This document shows positions 26,564 through 39,090 of a stretch of 44,330 nucleotides of DNA, in pieces. Made by a program: the position numbers and the translations under genes. Source of the stretch: Octopus bimaculoides. Taxonomy: Eukaryota. The stretch covers positions 67,945,045-67,989,374 of the forward strand of contig NC_068981.1 in assembly GCF_001194135.2 (NCBI RefSeq), read 5' to 3'. The notes beneath the pieces are model-generated. The model did no database searches and had not been told where the DNA came from. It saw only the letters and a list, made by a program, of their open reading frames with translations. The number at the start of each line of letters is the position of its first letter. Position 1 is the stretch's first letter.

Positions 26564-28659
26564 GATTCACGCATAGGTGTTGCCATTACTTGGAAATCAG
26601 TTGAAAGCGAATATATTTTTCTAAAATAGATGTATTGAATTGAATTATCATATTTGCTATTACTTTTTATCCCTTTCCCTTTGTTGTTCGTTCAAAATTA
26701 ATCATACTGCGTTTTGGTATTTCAGTCCTAAAATCCGAACTATAGATTTTTAATTCGAAATGGTTTACTCTGATAAGATAATTATTTTCAATTCCCAAAA
26801 TGCAATTCTTTTTCTCGTGTTATTTTACAAAATCGTAAAGACAACAGTGTATAAATATTGTGTTGATGTAAAGTGAATGGTTCTTTTGGGCAATATATAT
26901 CTCATGTGATTTAGAATAGTTCATGTTATGAGATCGAATCTATTGATATTTCTTCATTTATTTTCGTCTCTTATTTGTGATATTCCTACCACTCAGTAAC
27001 ATCAAGATTTTAATATGGATCTAAAAACTCAAAGCAATATTTAAATGCAATTCAGATGATGTGTCAGTTTGTCAGAATATACGTACTGCATCGAAAAGTA
27101 TGTTTCTAGGCAATAATTAGATCTTCCAAAGATGCAAATTATTTCCTTTAAATCTTCATCTCAGTTGCAAAACCATGTAGTTCTGCTGTATAGATCTCTT
27201 TATCCAGCTCTATTAGATTTCACTTTAGTTTCACTGACCAACAAAATTCCTTTTTATTTCATAGATCAAATAATATTTATTCGTATAGGAGTTTCTTTAT
27301 AATTTACATGTTTATTTTCTACAATATTCATTTATGCATTTATATATTTGATCAATGGCATTTATGATTAACTGAAAAAAGAATTTTGAGAAACGACTAC
27401 AAGGACTTCATACACATAAAGAATAAGCCCTAATACATACACGTATGCAGAATATTCTTTCATCTGAAACGCCAGTAATATAAGAGAGGTAACTCATTTT
27501 TTTTCATTCGTGCAGCAGTTAGGAAAAGGGAAATACGGAGAAAAGGAATGCACAAAGGTAGAAATGCGAATTAAATGCACAAACTTTGTTGCCCTTCATT
27601 TTTATAAGAGAGGATGGAGATAATTTGAAAAATAAATATGCAGATGTAAAGTAGAAAGAAAACGACTTGCAGCTAGGAGCTATGTACATGTCATTTAAGT
27701 ATATATCTTTATGTGCACTGAAGTAATAAAACGCAAACATTTGAATTTATTCGCAAAATAGCTACAGTGGAGCAAATGAAATAAATGTCGGAGATGGTTT
27801 GCTATTCTTTGTAAAAAATAACAGGAAGGGAAATGCTGGAAGTAACATAAAAAAAACATGAGTGCATGCGATCAACGATTGAAGAGAAAATTCTCACCCT
27901 TTCTATCAATCAGGAAATCAATACACATATACGCGCACGCATACACACACACACACACGAACACACACACTTAAAATGTGTGCCTATGTTCATATAAAGA
28001 TAGATATATACACTTATGAATTAACACACATACACACATATGTATGAATGTATGCATGTATGTATAAGAAAAAATACAGTAAGACATTGTCAGATACAAT
28101 CATAGAACATATAAAACCTTAAAAGAGGGAATTTAGTAAGTTCTTTCTCTGCCAGAATATTTTCTTTAAAGATATATATTAAAATGGTAACCTTTTTTGA
28201 TGTTAATTTGCATTTTCTGATTCAACGATACATGACCTGCCTGGTCAAAAAGATCTGCTACACATATTTTAAATCGTAAAGAGAAAGGATATGCAGAATG
28301 ATGTAATTTTATAAAAATCTAATCAGAGAGAATATCCACGAGTTGGGCACCTTCGAACCTAGGTTAAGAGACCCACTAACAGCAAAACATTCCAGGCGGT
28401 AAGCCGGAAATTTAAGGCAATAGAACATTATTTATGCGGTCACTCTCTATACTAGACATAGCAGTAAACAGCGTACACGCAAAAATGAAAACCGTACCCT
28501 GGCGTATTAAGAATGCAGGGAAATAATAATACACATACCAATCCTTCGTTAAATAATATGCAACTTAAAGCGGAATAAATACGAACAGAACTCTTTTCTG
28601 TCACTTACTCGCCAAGAATATGTTACGTATTCTAACTACACATCGAAAAACCTAGTCGT

Positions 28660-28694
<35 letters not shown>

Positions 28695-28695
28695 A
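28660..28695. repeat. (CCG)n/(CCA)n trinucleotide repeat
   Basis: Read directly. Confidence 0.95.
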
Positions 28696-28712
28696 AACAA
28701 TGATAATAATAA

Positions 28713-29936
28713 AGAGATGATAAAAAATACTAAAGTGGAAAAACTTCGAACCAGACGGTGACCTGGTTTCCTGGCTAAAAACCTCAGGAGTATAAACAGC
28801 TATATACGACCGCTTGTTACTATCTGCATAGGAAATGTTAGACCGGCATGGATGACAAAAAGTAGGAAAGTGTGGATGCAGAAGGACAAAGAAACAAAAA
28901 TTATATAGCAATTATAGACTTATTGCTTGCTTAACATTAGCTTGGAATCTAATAAAGATGAAGTATATGATTTTCTGGAAACGTAGAATGAAGTGCGAGA
29001 AATGAAAAAAAGGATGCAGGAAAAAAAATCAAGAGGAACTACTGATCTGTTATATATAAATAGCAGAATACTAAATGAGCGTCGAGAAAGAAATAATTTA
29101 ACTTTTGGAGGGATGGATTACAGGAAGACTTACGGCAACGTCCCACATAGCTGGCTCTTGGATTCGATGGTCACTAGATTTTGTTGACGGACGAGAATTT
29201 GGGAGGGGAGACAGAAACGAGAAATAGAAACATTAGTCATAGCCGCTAAGGAATAAGCACTTGGTGAAAATCTGATAAGAGTAGATATCTACACTACTCA
29301 ATCAGACAGCTTATACAGAATCTGCAGAAAAGGAGACGAAAGTATCAATCACACTTTGAGTGAGTCTAGCACACTAGCACAAGCAGAATTTAAGCACAGA
29401 CGTGATTGAACAGGCAAACAAGTGCATAGGGATGTTAGCCGATTGTTTGGCTTTAGAACAAGAAAGCAGTGGCCTGAACTCGAGCTAGTATGAGAATTAC
29501 AAGATGTTGTGGACTTACGTATAAAGACTAATCATACATTTGACACATAACCAGGTATGATTATCAGAGGACAAAATAAATAACATGAGTTCATACATTT
29601 TGCAATTACCTACGATAGTAAAGGAATGGGGGAAAAAACTGAGAAATTTCAGGTTCTTGTCAGGGAGCTGAGGAGTCTATAGTAGATTAAGACAAGAATT
29701 ATTCCTTTAGTAATTGGCGCACTTGACACAACACCCAAAATGCTACCCAAAAGAATGACAGAATTTCGAGTTGAAACTCGCATTGTCGATCTGCAGAAAA
29801 GTACTATTCAATATTTCATGAAAATGCCAAGACAGTTTCTTGATAGTTGGGGAGACCTTTTGTTACCAAACCCCAAGATAAAACACCTGCAAACTAAATT
29901 TGAATGCGCTTGCAAACTAATAAAAATATTAATAAT
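28713..29936 (+). mobile_element. 5'-truncated, internally deleted RLE-type non-LTR retrotransposon (R4/Dong-like)
   Basis: RT N-terminal motifs (KWK..PDG, GNVRPAWMTKSR, NYRLIACL, KKSRGTTDLLYI, MDYRKTYGNVPHSW) join directly to the C-terminal region: IAAKE*AL, a degenerate CCHC knuckle (YRIC..ESINHTLSES), LAQAEFKHRRD, and a degenerate PD-(D/E)xK nuclease (*PG..FIHFAITYD..EKTEKF), then IIPLVIGAL and DLQKSTI. Ends in a decayed TAA tail. Confidence 0.85.
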
Positions 29937-31340
29937 CTTATACTGAAATGCTCGATATTAACTATATGCCACGAACCAACAATGTGTAATAGTTAATTTA
30001 AATTCTGCAGAAAACTTTTCAACATCATTAGTTACCTTCGTTTTTATCGAAACCAGAGGAGATTAAATATGTTTCCACCAACGTTAAGATTCCGTTTCTA
30101 TTATTTGATTGCAGGTATATTGAAAAGAATTCATTGCTTCCTAATATATAATAATATTATCACATATCATTTAACAGTGCCAGATATTATTCCTATTCCT
30201 TAAGGTTGCTATGTTTGTGTTCCTAATTTCATGTTACTTAATTATCTAATCTGTCAGTTCTAAGAATCCATGCGCTGAGGTATCTTATTATTTCAATGTA
30301 CAGAAAATTTGCTTTAAATCACAAATTCAATGCTGAGTAAACTTTCAGTGTTGCATTTACTACAGCTTTAATTCCATTTATTTCATTTATTTCATCTGAC
30401 AGCTACAGAATGCCGCTAAACACATTGACAGAATTCTCATATTAGGAACTATACTTGATTTAAACGAATTTCCAATTTAATTTCCGTAGCGCGCCAGTGA
30501 AACGATTCCATTTTGTTATCTACTTATTCAACAAAGTATTTATAGTAAACTATGTCATTAAATATGATAATGTTATCAATTCTAGGATATTAAAGGATCC
30601 ATCTTCATTTTTTTTTCATTATTTTCAAGGCTGATAAAAAAATCTAATATAAATACGTATTCCTAAAGACTCCAAAGTGTATACGAATACATCGATTATA
30701 AATAAATCATTAAATAAAAATATGCGATGTTTTCCGTTCTCTCTAAAGCAAAGTATAATATAAAGGAGTGCAGTAAATTACTGTCGCATTATTACCAGAA
30801 CGAATAACACATTTCGTCACAGTATGAAATGATATCGTTACTAATATCATGCACAATGAACAACACAGTATGTCACCGTATATTTTTTAAAACGTTGAAC
30901 GTATTATCTTTTTTTTTTCTTTTGTAATTTATATTTGATAAAATAATATCATATAAAACTACATTTGGTCTAGACTACTCTTAAATTTCTTTAAGAAAAT
31001 AACAATATTATTGCACCGTCAAGTTTTAAAATACGTTTAGTAATATAATTGAAGTAGAAATATATGAAACTTCATCTTACATTTGGCGTTGTAAAAGATT
31101 ATCTCTAGAAGTAGAGCACCCGCCAAATGTTTATTCAAATGAGAAGAAAAATGCAATATTTAATATTCTGTGCGGAGAATTTTCTTTAAGAATTAAACAA
31201 TATTTTACAGGGTAAGTTCTAAAATGTTTGAAATCTCTTCTTCACTTAGACGTGCATACATGCATGTATGTAGAGGTACATACATGCACGATTACCAATA
31301 GACACGATCACACACACACACACACACACAAACATATACA

Positions 31341-31500
31341 TATACGGCGGGCGTTTTCAGCTTCTGCCTGTCCAAACCGCATGGCATTGGTCTGCTAGAA
31401 GCTACAGTAGAAGACGCCTTCCCTAGATTACACGCAGCGGGACAAAACCTATGCGGTCGGGCAGCAAACTACATACCATATAGCTACATCTGCACCTATA
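31341..31500 (-). mobile_element. Partial, diverged SINE head (23018 family)
   Basis: The reverse complement resembles gtagctatatggtatgtagtttgctgcc...gcgtcttctactgtagc...gaagctgaaaacgcccgccgtatatg. Confidence 0.65.
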
Positions 31501-31556
31501 AACATACATACATACATATTTATAACATTCCACATATACTCTTCCGATACATATTA

Positions 31557-31735
31557 TTTTACTCTCTTTCTTGTTTCAGTCATTCGACTGCGGTCATGCT
31601 GGAGTACCGCCTTTAGCCAAAAGAATAGACACCAGGATTTATTCTTTGTAAGCTTAGTACTTATACTATCGGGGACGGAAACACACCGACATCGGTTATC
31701 AAGCGACGGTGGGTGGACAAAGACACACAAATATA

Positions 31736-31772
<37 letters not shown>

Positions 31773-31855
31773 GGAGACACCCAAGGTGCCACGCAGTTGG
31801 ACTAAACGCAGAACCATGTGATTGGGACGGTAGCTTCTACTCCATGGCCGGCGCC
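31557..31855 (-). mobile_element. tRNA-derived SINE (23018 family), middle part lost
   Basis: Reverse complement of cacatggttctg...ctgcgtggcaccttggg and ggcggtactccagcatgaccgcagtc...gactgaaacaag. Confidence 0.88.
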
Positions 31856-32086
31856 TACACGCACATATATAAATAAATATATATATATATAAATATATAT
31901 NNNNNNNNNNNNNNNNNNNNNNNNNNNNNNNNNNNNNNNNNNNNNNNNNNNNNNNNNNNNNNNNNNNNNNNNNNNNNNNNNNNNNNNNNNNNNNNNNNNN
32001 NNNNNNNNNNNNNNNNNNNNNNNNNNNNNNNNNNNNNNNNNNNNNNNNNNNNNNNNNNNNNNNNNNAAATATACCTACATATGTAT

Positions 32087-33342
32087 ACGTATTGACTTCC
32101 CAATAAATGAGAGCAGCGATGACTAGGGTAACAAGTCTAGATATGGCGCATACCAAAAATGGCACCAGAAGGAAGAAACAATGAAATTAAAAATTATTTT
32201 TATGCATTTGTGTACATTCAAACTAATTAAATATTATTTTACAGAATATTAGAATTAAAATTTCTTTGATTAAAACCCTTTCTAACATGGAAATATCCAA
32301 AGAGCATTTAAGGCACATAATGCTTTATGAGTACAAAAAAGGAAACTCTGCAGCCGAAGCGACTCGAAACATTCACTCAGTTTATGAGAAAGAACGCTTG
32401 AATGAAAGAATTTGCAGAAGATGGTTTGCAAGATTCAGAAGCGGAGATTTCAACCTTGAAGGTGAAAATCGAACAGGACGTCTAGTTGAGTTTGATGATA
32501 AGCACCGTGAGGCATTACTTGAAGAAAATCCTGCATTATCCGTTGAAGAATTGGCAATAAACCTTAGTTCAAACCATACAACTGTTCATCGCTATCTTCA
32601 ACAACTTGAAAAGGTTCTTAAACTTAGAAAATGGATGCCTCATGAATTGTCCGAAATTAACCGCAAATACTGAGTTGACATCTGCTCTTCACTCCATTCT
32701 CGCGAACTTTTTGTACCCTTTTTGGATAGACTTGTGACTGGTGACGAAAAATTGATCTTCCATCGAAATGGTAAACGTCGTAAACAGTGGCTTGCTAAAA
32801 GGGAAAAAGCTCATCCACAACCGAAAAGGGAACTTCATGGAAAAAAGGTTCTTCTCTCTATCTTTGAATTGTTACCGCTTAATATACCAATCAATGTTCA
32901 AGTCTACTGTCAGTAATTAGAGCATTTGAACCAAGTTTTGAAGAAAAAAAGACCCGCGTTAGTGAATCGAAAAGGAGTGATGTTTCATTAGGACAATGCA
33001 CGACCCCACACTGCAAAGATCACATCACAGAAGATCGAAGAGCTTGGTTTAGAAAAATTCCTTATCCATATTAATCTCCTGACCTTGCTCCTTCAGACTA
33101 TCATTTGTTTCGTAGTTTACAGAATCATTTGGGGGACATAACTTTCACAAGCCAGGAGGAGGTCAAAACTGACATTTCAGAGTTCTTCGCTTTGAAACCA
33201 AAAGAGTTTTACATTGATGGGATTGAAAAGCTTGTAAATAGATGGAAGGAAGTCATAGATAACCAAGAAAAGTACATTGATGATTAAATTTCAATTAAAT
33301 ATAACATTTGATCACTTGTTTTCTTTATTCAAAATTCGGACA
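32087..33342 (+). mobile_element. Mariner (Tc1/mariner DD34D) DNA transposon, inactive; outer limits approximate
   Basis: Transposase pseudogene with AT-rich UTR-like flanks. A matching TIR pair could not be identified; the 3' end appears cut at ~33342. Confidence 0.85.
32287..33287 (+). pseudogene. Mariner transposase pseudogene
   Basis: MEISKEHLRHIMLYEYKKGNSAAEATRNI (HTH), WMPHEL, catalytic D at VTGDEK (32743), D at H*DNARPH (32992) and D at SPDLAPSDY (33096). Spacing is 34 residues once a 1-bp frameshift near 33057 is corrected. In-frame stops at 32671, 32914, 32989 and 33072. Confidence 0.95.
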
Positions 33343-33369
33343 GGCTAGCAAATTTAACCTAAATATGCA

Positions 33370-33421
33370 AAATATACAAATAAATCAGGCTACCGAAATA
33401 TACAAATAAATCAGGCTACCG
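33370..33421. repeat. Perfect 26-bp tandem duplication
   Basis: aaatatacaaataaatcaggctaccg x2. Confidence 0.97.
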
Positions 33422-33586
33422 AAAAGCCAGCTTGCTAGAAATAGGAGCCAACACTCCAAAGCCACACATTTTTCACTATTCTTTTAGTTTCTATGGGTAT
33501 GCGTGTATGTATGTAAATCTCCATTAATGCGTTTGTCAACGCTGAAGAGAAGAAGGGATTTGAAGCATTTTAGAACCCCACGCCAC

Positions 33587-33625
<39 letters not shown>

Positions 33626-33834
33626 TATACATATATTTATATATATATTTTTATATATATGTACATACATACATGCATGCATATATACATATACGCGCGC
33701 CTGCGCATGCGCAGAAACACACGCACACACACACACACACAAACACACGTTTATGACCACGAACAGGCGAAAATAAAAGCGTTGAATTCATGCAGAACAT
33801 AATTATCTTATTTGGCTCAAATTATTACCTTTTG

Positions 33835-33905
33835 ACACGTGATTTTCCGCGTGTATGAGCGCTTCGTCAGCCGGCAGCTACGGCCGAACAAAACAATAAC
33901 AGATG
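33835..33905 (-). mobile_element. SINE 3' fragment related to 2585-2640
   Basis: Reverse complement catctgtt...gttcggccgtagc...ctcatacac resembles catctgtgcagatcgttcggccaaagccgaacactcatacatc. Confidence 0.45.
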
Positions 33906-33992
33906 TGTGGATATGGTGCCAGTAGTGCACATACAAATGCTACACACACATACAAACAGATACTTGTGTATGTGAGTTTGTGCGTGTGTGTG

Positions 33993-34064
<72 letters not shown>

Positions 34065-35729
34065 CATACATACATAGATATAAGTGTTTTTGCGTAAGTG
34101 TGACTGTGCGTGTAATATCAAAAATAGTAATTTCTACTACAGGCAACACACTACGAGTTTGTGGGGCGGAAAGAATTGTTTCAATCGACTTCCGTACTTC
34201 TGAAGAATCAAAGGCAATGCTGTACTAAGAGGTCTCTGAACTGAGATAACATAAACGACCGTAACTAAATACTGCAACTTATTTTGTCTAACGTTTTACT
34301 GATTTTACTGATGCGAACTCCGTATAATGATGATGAATTTTATTAAGAACCATACAAGCAATCAATTTAGCCTCTATATGGTCGTACGATCTCCTAGAAA
34401 GAACAGTCAAATTTTCTTTGAATTGCATCAAAACTATAGAGAATAACCTCATCCTTCATGCTCAGTGCATGAGAAATACTGTATGGTGGCGAATTGAATA
34501 TCTTACATAACAGATTTCATGCCACTGGGAGGGTCTGCAGCTAAATAATAGCTACATATTTGGGAAAATATGAGTAGAATACTAATACTTTTTACTGCCA
34601 ATGTATATTAAAATATGTTTCAATTTCATAATTACTAAGAAAGAAACGCTCTCTCCGACTAAGACAATCATCTATTATTTGACGTATATTGGTTCAAGAC
34701 GTTACATATAATGCAACACAAAATTCACTTGAAATAATTTCACTAGAAAGCAACAGCTCATTTTCCACCTCAATTTACTCTCCTAGTGAAATTAGGAAGC
34801 CTGTGAGAGTTTTGTCATAGAGGAACATCGCTGTCCACTCTCAGCATTTACACACACATACACACATACACACACACACATTTGTCTATAAATTTGTTAA
34901 CTTTCTACAAATCTATCTATCTATCCATCCACATGTGTGTAGATGTAATTGTGTTCGTATAAACACGCACAAATATCGATATGTGTATATCTATATAATT
35001 ATACATCACTTTTCTATACATTTACATTGAAATAGCCATCTGAGTATCATATCAAATTTATTTACACTGTAGTAGAATATTTTGCTCTGTACCGCATACA
35101 TCGGAGAAAAAAGAAATTTGCCGTAGCAGTAACACATACGAAATTTGGACGTCTTTTGATTGTCTATAACTCTATATCGTGTAGAATGTTTTCCACATAC
35201 CAGAAAGAAATTCGTGTTTCATATTTAAGAAACAGTGAATAATATATTTCCCAATATTTTTGGGGGCTGTAAAGCTCAATGAAACCAATTGATACAGCAT
35301 TAAATCAGAATAGCCATCCATGCATCACACTTAACGCATATATACACTATAGACATATTTTTATTTGAGACAAGGAAAGGAAAGATCTCTTCATAGATGC
35401 AGTTTTCAAAATATCAGTAAATGTATTATTCATAATTTTTTTTAGATAACAAACATGAACGCCTGAAACCGTATTAATTATTGTATTGTCCTAGTACTTA
35501 ATGTTTTAGTTTATCAACAACGGACGGTGGACTGCGTATGCGTTCATGTGTGTGGGTATGTTTATGTGTGTGTGCTTGCATTTGTATAAGTATTCTTTGT
35601 TTTCTTCGATACAGGGTAAAATCGACCCACTTTTACATTTAGTACTCCATGAAAAACGCGATTTTTTCAAATGTCATTTTAAAATGGTAAATTCTGAAAA
35701 TCTATTTCGGGGAAGACATGCTGATTTCT

Positions 35730-37225
35730 AAACGCAGCTGTGCTGAATGCCGTGGGTGGTTATTAACGGTCAGTGTCACGTCTTGCCTGTTTACCTGTTA
35801 TATTTACTTGTTAATATTGTCGAATATATTGTTGTGTGTGTTTTCGGACCACACGTGTTGACTGCATTGAGGTGAACTTTTTGTCGTTATCCACCTTGCT
35901 TTAAGGAGGAAGCGTTGTTATTTTAACGTGTATTATGAAAATGTGAGTGGATGAGATGTATGAACAGCATAGAGGAGGAGCTGGCGAAAAGAGGACGGGA
36001 AGATTTGAATTATGTCAAATGTTTTGCGGCTGTGACCAGTATTGTGAAGGAAAAAAATGTGTTATAAAGTAGAAGGAATTTATGCAGAAGGAGGCATGCG
36101 AGGTTATACTGATCTCACCTAGTGAAGACGCGCAAGAAGTTGTAAAAAAAGACGGTAATCCTTAAATTATTTATTAAGAAGTAAAGAAACATAGAAATAC
36201 CAGATAAGAAGTTCGAGAAGTGTTTGGCACCCACCTGGCTGGAAATAACGTACTTGACTAGGAGTACCAAATATGTTACAGTGGAAGTGCGGTACTCCAC
36301 AGAGGAAAAGGCCAGGCAACATTCCATGGCTTTCTTGCTTTGGGATAATATAATCCTCTTACCATCTTACCTTGGAAGGCGTGCTTCCAGGGTGAGGGTG
36401 GAGGAAATACCACCGGACATGGATGTTGTCTAGGTAGTAGCGGCGATACTGTTGAGCCTGGAGAGTGCCAGGGTGGGACAGGCTATTGCAAGGACTGGAA
36501 ATGGTCATGCAGGCTGCCCTAGTGACCTGGAATCTATCGTAGACAGCATAGTGGTAGGTGAGAAGAAACTGAAGGTAAAGGTGGAGGGCAGGAAGCCACG
36601 GTGATCCAAGTGTGGCCAGCAAAAACACCAAAGGCTACCCCGGTGGAGATTGTACGCCAACCCATTGCGGCGCCGACGTCGGAGGGAGTGTACTGCGAGT
36701 AGCGATGTAAACAAGTGGAAGAGATGACAGAGCAATGGACGACAGTTTCAGAAAGAAATAGGAAGAGGAGGAAGACCCACGTCAGTGATGATGACCTCTA
36801 GCCTACTCCCATCCTGCTCCTCCATGCCCCACCCTGCCCATCCCTTCCTCACCGTATCCCACCCGTCCTCCACCTTTCCCCCACTCTTCCCCACCCTGTC
36901 CCCACCATTCCGCAGACACCAGCCCTCGACCTACCCCACCCAACACTGACCCTGACCTCGCCTTTACAAAAATACATTCAGACATACAAGGGCCCCAATC
37001 ATCCCGGCCCCGACCCCGTGAAAAGAGTCGTGCCATTTCTTAATAAAAGAACTAGCAAAGGAAATCGAGAGTTTAAAAGACATTACTAAAGTGAGTGTTT
37101 CGGGTTGCGTGGGGTATTCCTCACAAATGAGATGTCCTGTTGTGAGCGGAGAGCACCTTCATAGACTGAGGGAGAAGTTTGGCGAGAAGGTGCATGTGAT
37201 CTGCAAAGAGATAGACTTTGACACG
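35730..37225 (+). mobile_element. L1/Tx1-like LINE 5' part: UTR plus decayed ORF1 (RRM-like region and CCHC knuckle), no ORF2
   Basis: GC-richer block. Frames give MNSIEEELAKRG (35960), LAPTWLEITYLTRSTKYVTVEVRYSTEEKARQH...LLPSYLGRRASRVRVEEIPPDMDV and LESIVDSIVVGEKKLKVKVEGRKPR*SKCGQQKH (VEGRxPxCxxCGxxGH-type knuckle with the first Cys codon now a stop), followed by a Pro/Ser/Thr-rich tract. Confidence 0.75.
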
Positions 37226-37276
37226 TTGAATGAAATTGAATGACATTGAATGAAATTGAATGACATTGAATGAAAT
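37226..37276. repeat. 10-bp minisatellite, 5 units, alternating variants
   Basis: ttgaatgaaa / ttgaatgaca alternate, giving a 20-bp higher-order period. Confidence 0.95.
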
Positions 37277-38869
37277 CAGTTGGGTAGTTCTCACGGTTTA
37301 GGGACTCACACATACACACATGCAGACAGACAGACAGACACAGATTATCAGTTTTATATATACAGATTTACAGTGTGAGTTTACATAATACGAAATTATT
37401 TTGTCAGAATTGTAAATACGTCCTGGTGTACAAAGTAAGAAATGAAAATCCTGTTATATGTATACAAGTAGATAACAACAATAGATTCGAGAATGTATGT
37501 CAGAATTAATTGAATGTTATTTAAGTACTTCGATTTCTCTAGGTGATTTATTTTTGTATAATGTTCTTATATAAATATCACACAGAAAATAACGATATAT
37601 TAACCTTAAATCGGGACGGCCATCAAAATGTAGTTCTACAAAATCTTTACTCGTCCGCTGAATGCCTACTCTACTCACGTATCCCTCAGAGGTTATATTA
37701 TATGTCAAGTAGCATTTTATCTAGCTAACAGTGATCGAAACTCTGGAATGTTATCACTAAGAGACTAGCATTCTATGAAAGGGTACATAGTCATTCTATT
37801 TAGATTAGCCTAAAACTTCGCATTGGCTCCTTTCTCCTGAGTTGATAACTGGCAACATAAATCTTACCGACTGTGGAAAATGTTAATTAAATTGTATTCC
37901 ATCAAACCCTACCTTAATCGCTATCATACAAAATAAAGCGGTAAGACTTGACTAAACATTCAAATTTCTGAGATTGTGTTGACGTTTGAGATTGAATGAC
38001 GTTTTAGGAATATATGTGTCATCCCCGAACTTCAATCAATTTGAACGTTATTTCAAGAAATGTTATCATTTATTATTCTGATTGAACTTTAGACACGCTC
38101 ACACAAAGCTGCACACACTCATTCATTCACACATACACAAACATTTGCTCGCGCACGCACATACATACGCAGAGACATATATACATACATACATATATAT
38201 ATATTGGATAATATATAAGCGGTAAAAATGTTAATCGAGCAAGCAATAATTATTAGATGAGATTACTAACATGCCACGTGTAAACGTGTCTTTTATTTAA
38301 CGAGACATTCATTGAAGTGTTTCTTCAAATATGGTAATTCTTGATTTACACTATATCATAAACAAGAATGAACATTACCGGCAACCCTGGGAAATATTTA
38401 TATTGTTCTTGTAACACATTAACAACATTCAAGCTATTTAATACTTTTAATGATTCCCATTTCTCGTTTAATAGAGAAATTAATTTTTGAAAAAATATTG
38501 ATGTCTCTACTTGAAATTATATCAAAGGCAATATTTGCAAATGTAAACTTTCATTTCGCGAAATGTGAATTTAAGCTTTAGCGTTGTGAAACCGTGTGTG
38601 AATTATAAACATATGATTAAATTACGTTATTCGTGTAATTTAGCTTGAATAAACGTAGAGCAAGGATACCGAAGTGTTAAGTACATGCGTCTTGTTTATG
38701 ATTCAACACATGGCAGTAGTTTAACTGTTATCTATTTCTTGTTGCTAGTTAAGGCCTTAGATAGTGTACTGATCGTAGTTTTTATTGGCATCACTGAAAA
38801 TTTAGGGATGAAATCGTACGCAAGATTAATTTAGCGTTTAATCCAACCAAAGTCGATACAATTAAACTC

Positions 38870-39090
38870 AATAAAATACATTATAAACAGCATCATTACT
38901 ATCTGTTATGTCTCAACGCTACGGCTATCTAGCACATTCGGATGATCTCTACTCCACCGCTACACAACTGCTACTCGACTGCTACTCAACACTGTACCAC
39001 GGCCAGACTACCTCTATTTATATATGTCTTGGGAGATCCTGGAGGCGTCGACAAAACACTATTATTTCGCCTTTAGCCACCTGTGCAATT
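38870..39090 (-). promoter_or_regulatory. TATA/Inr-like core promoter, possibly a solo-LTR remnant
   Basis: Minus strand: TATATAAA starts at 39024 and the A of a CAGT initiator-like motif is at 38993 (31 nt downstream), followed by short gtagcagt repeats. Confidence 0.3.

Noticed and set aside
32087-33342. Mariner terminal inverted repeats
   Set aside because: No complementary pair was found between 32067-32286 and 33288-33370; the 3' end looks truncated and a gap lies just upstream.
33701-33714. Perfect palindrome CTGCGCATGCGCAG (NRF1-like site)
   Set aside because: It is embedded in an alternating purine-pyrimidine microsatellite where such palindromes arise easily.
33830-33885. CTGACGA...GAAA...TC on the minus strand as a hammerhead
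   Set aside because: Stem II closing pair is A-G, stem III and stem I do not pair, and the segment is explained as a SINE tail.
37226-37276. CRISPR-like or iteron-like array
   Set aside because: Contiguous 10-bp units without spacers, in eukaryotic DNA; an ordinary minisatellite.
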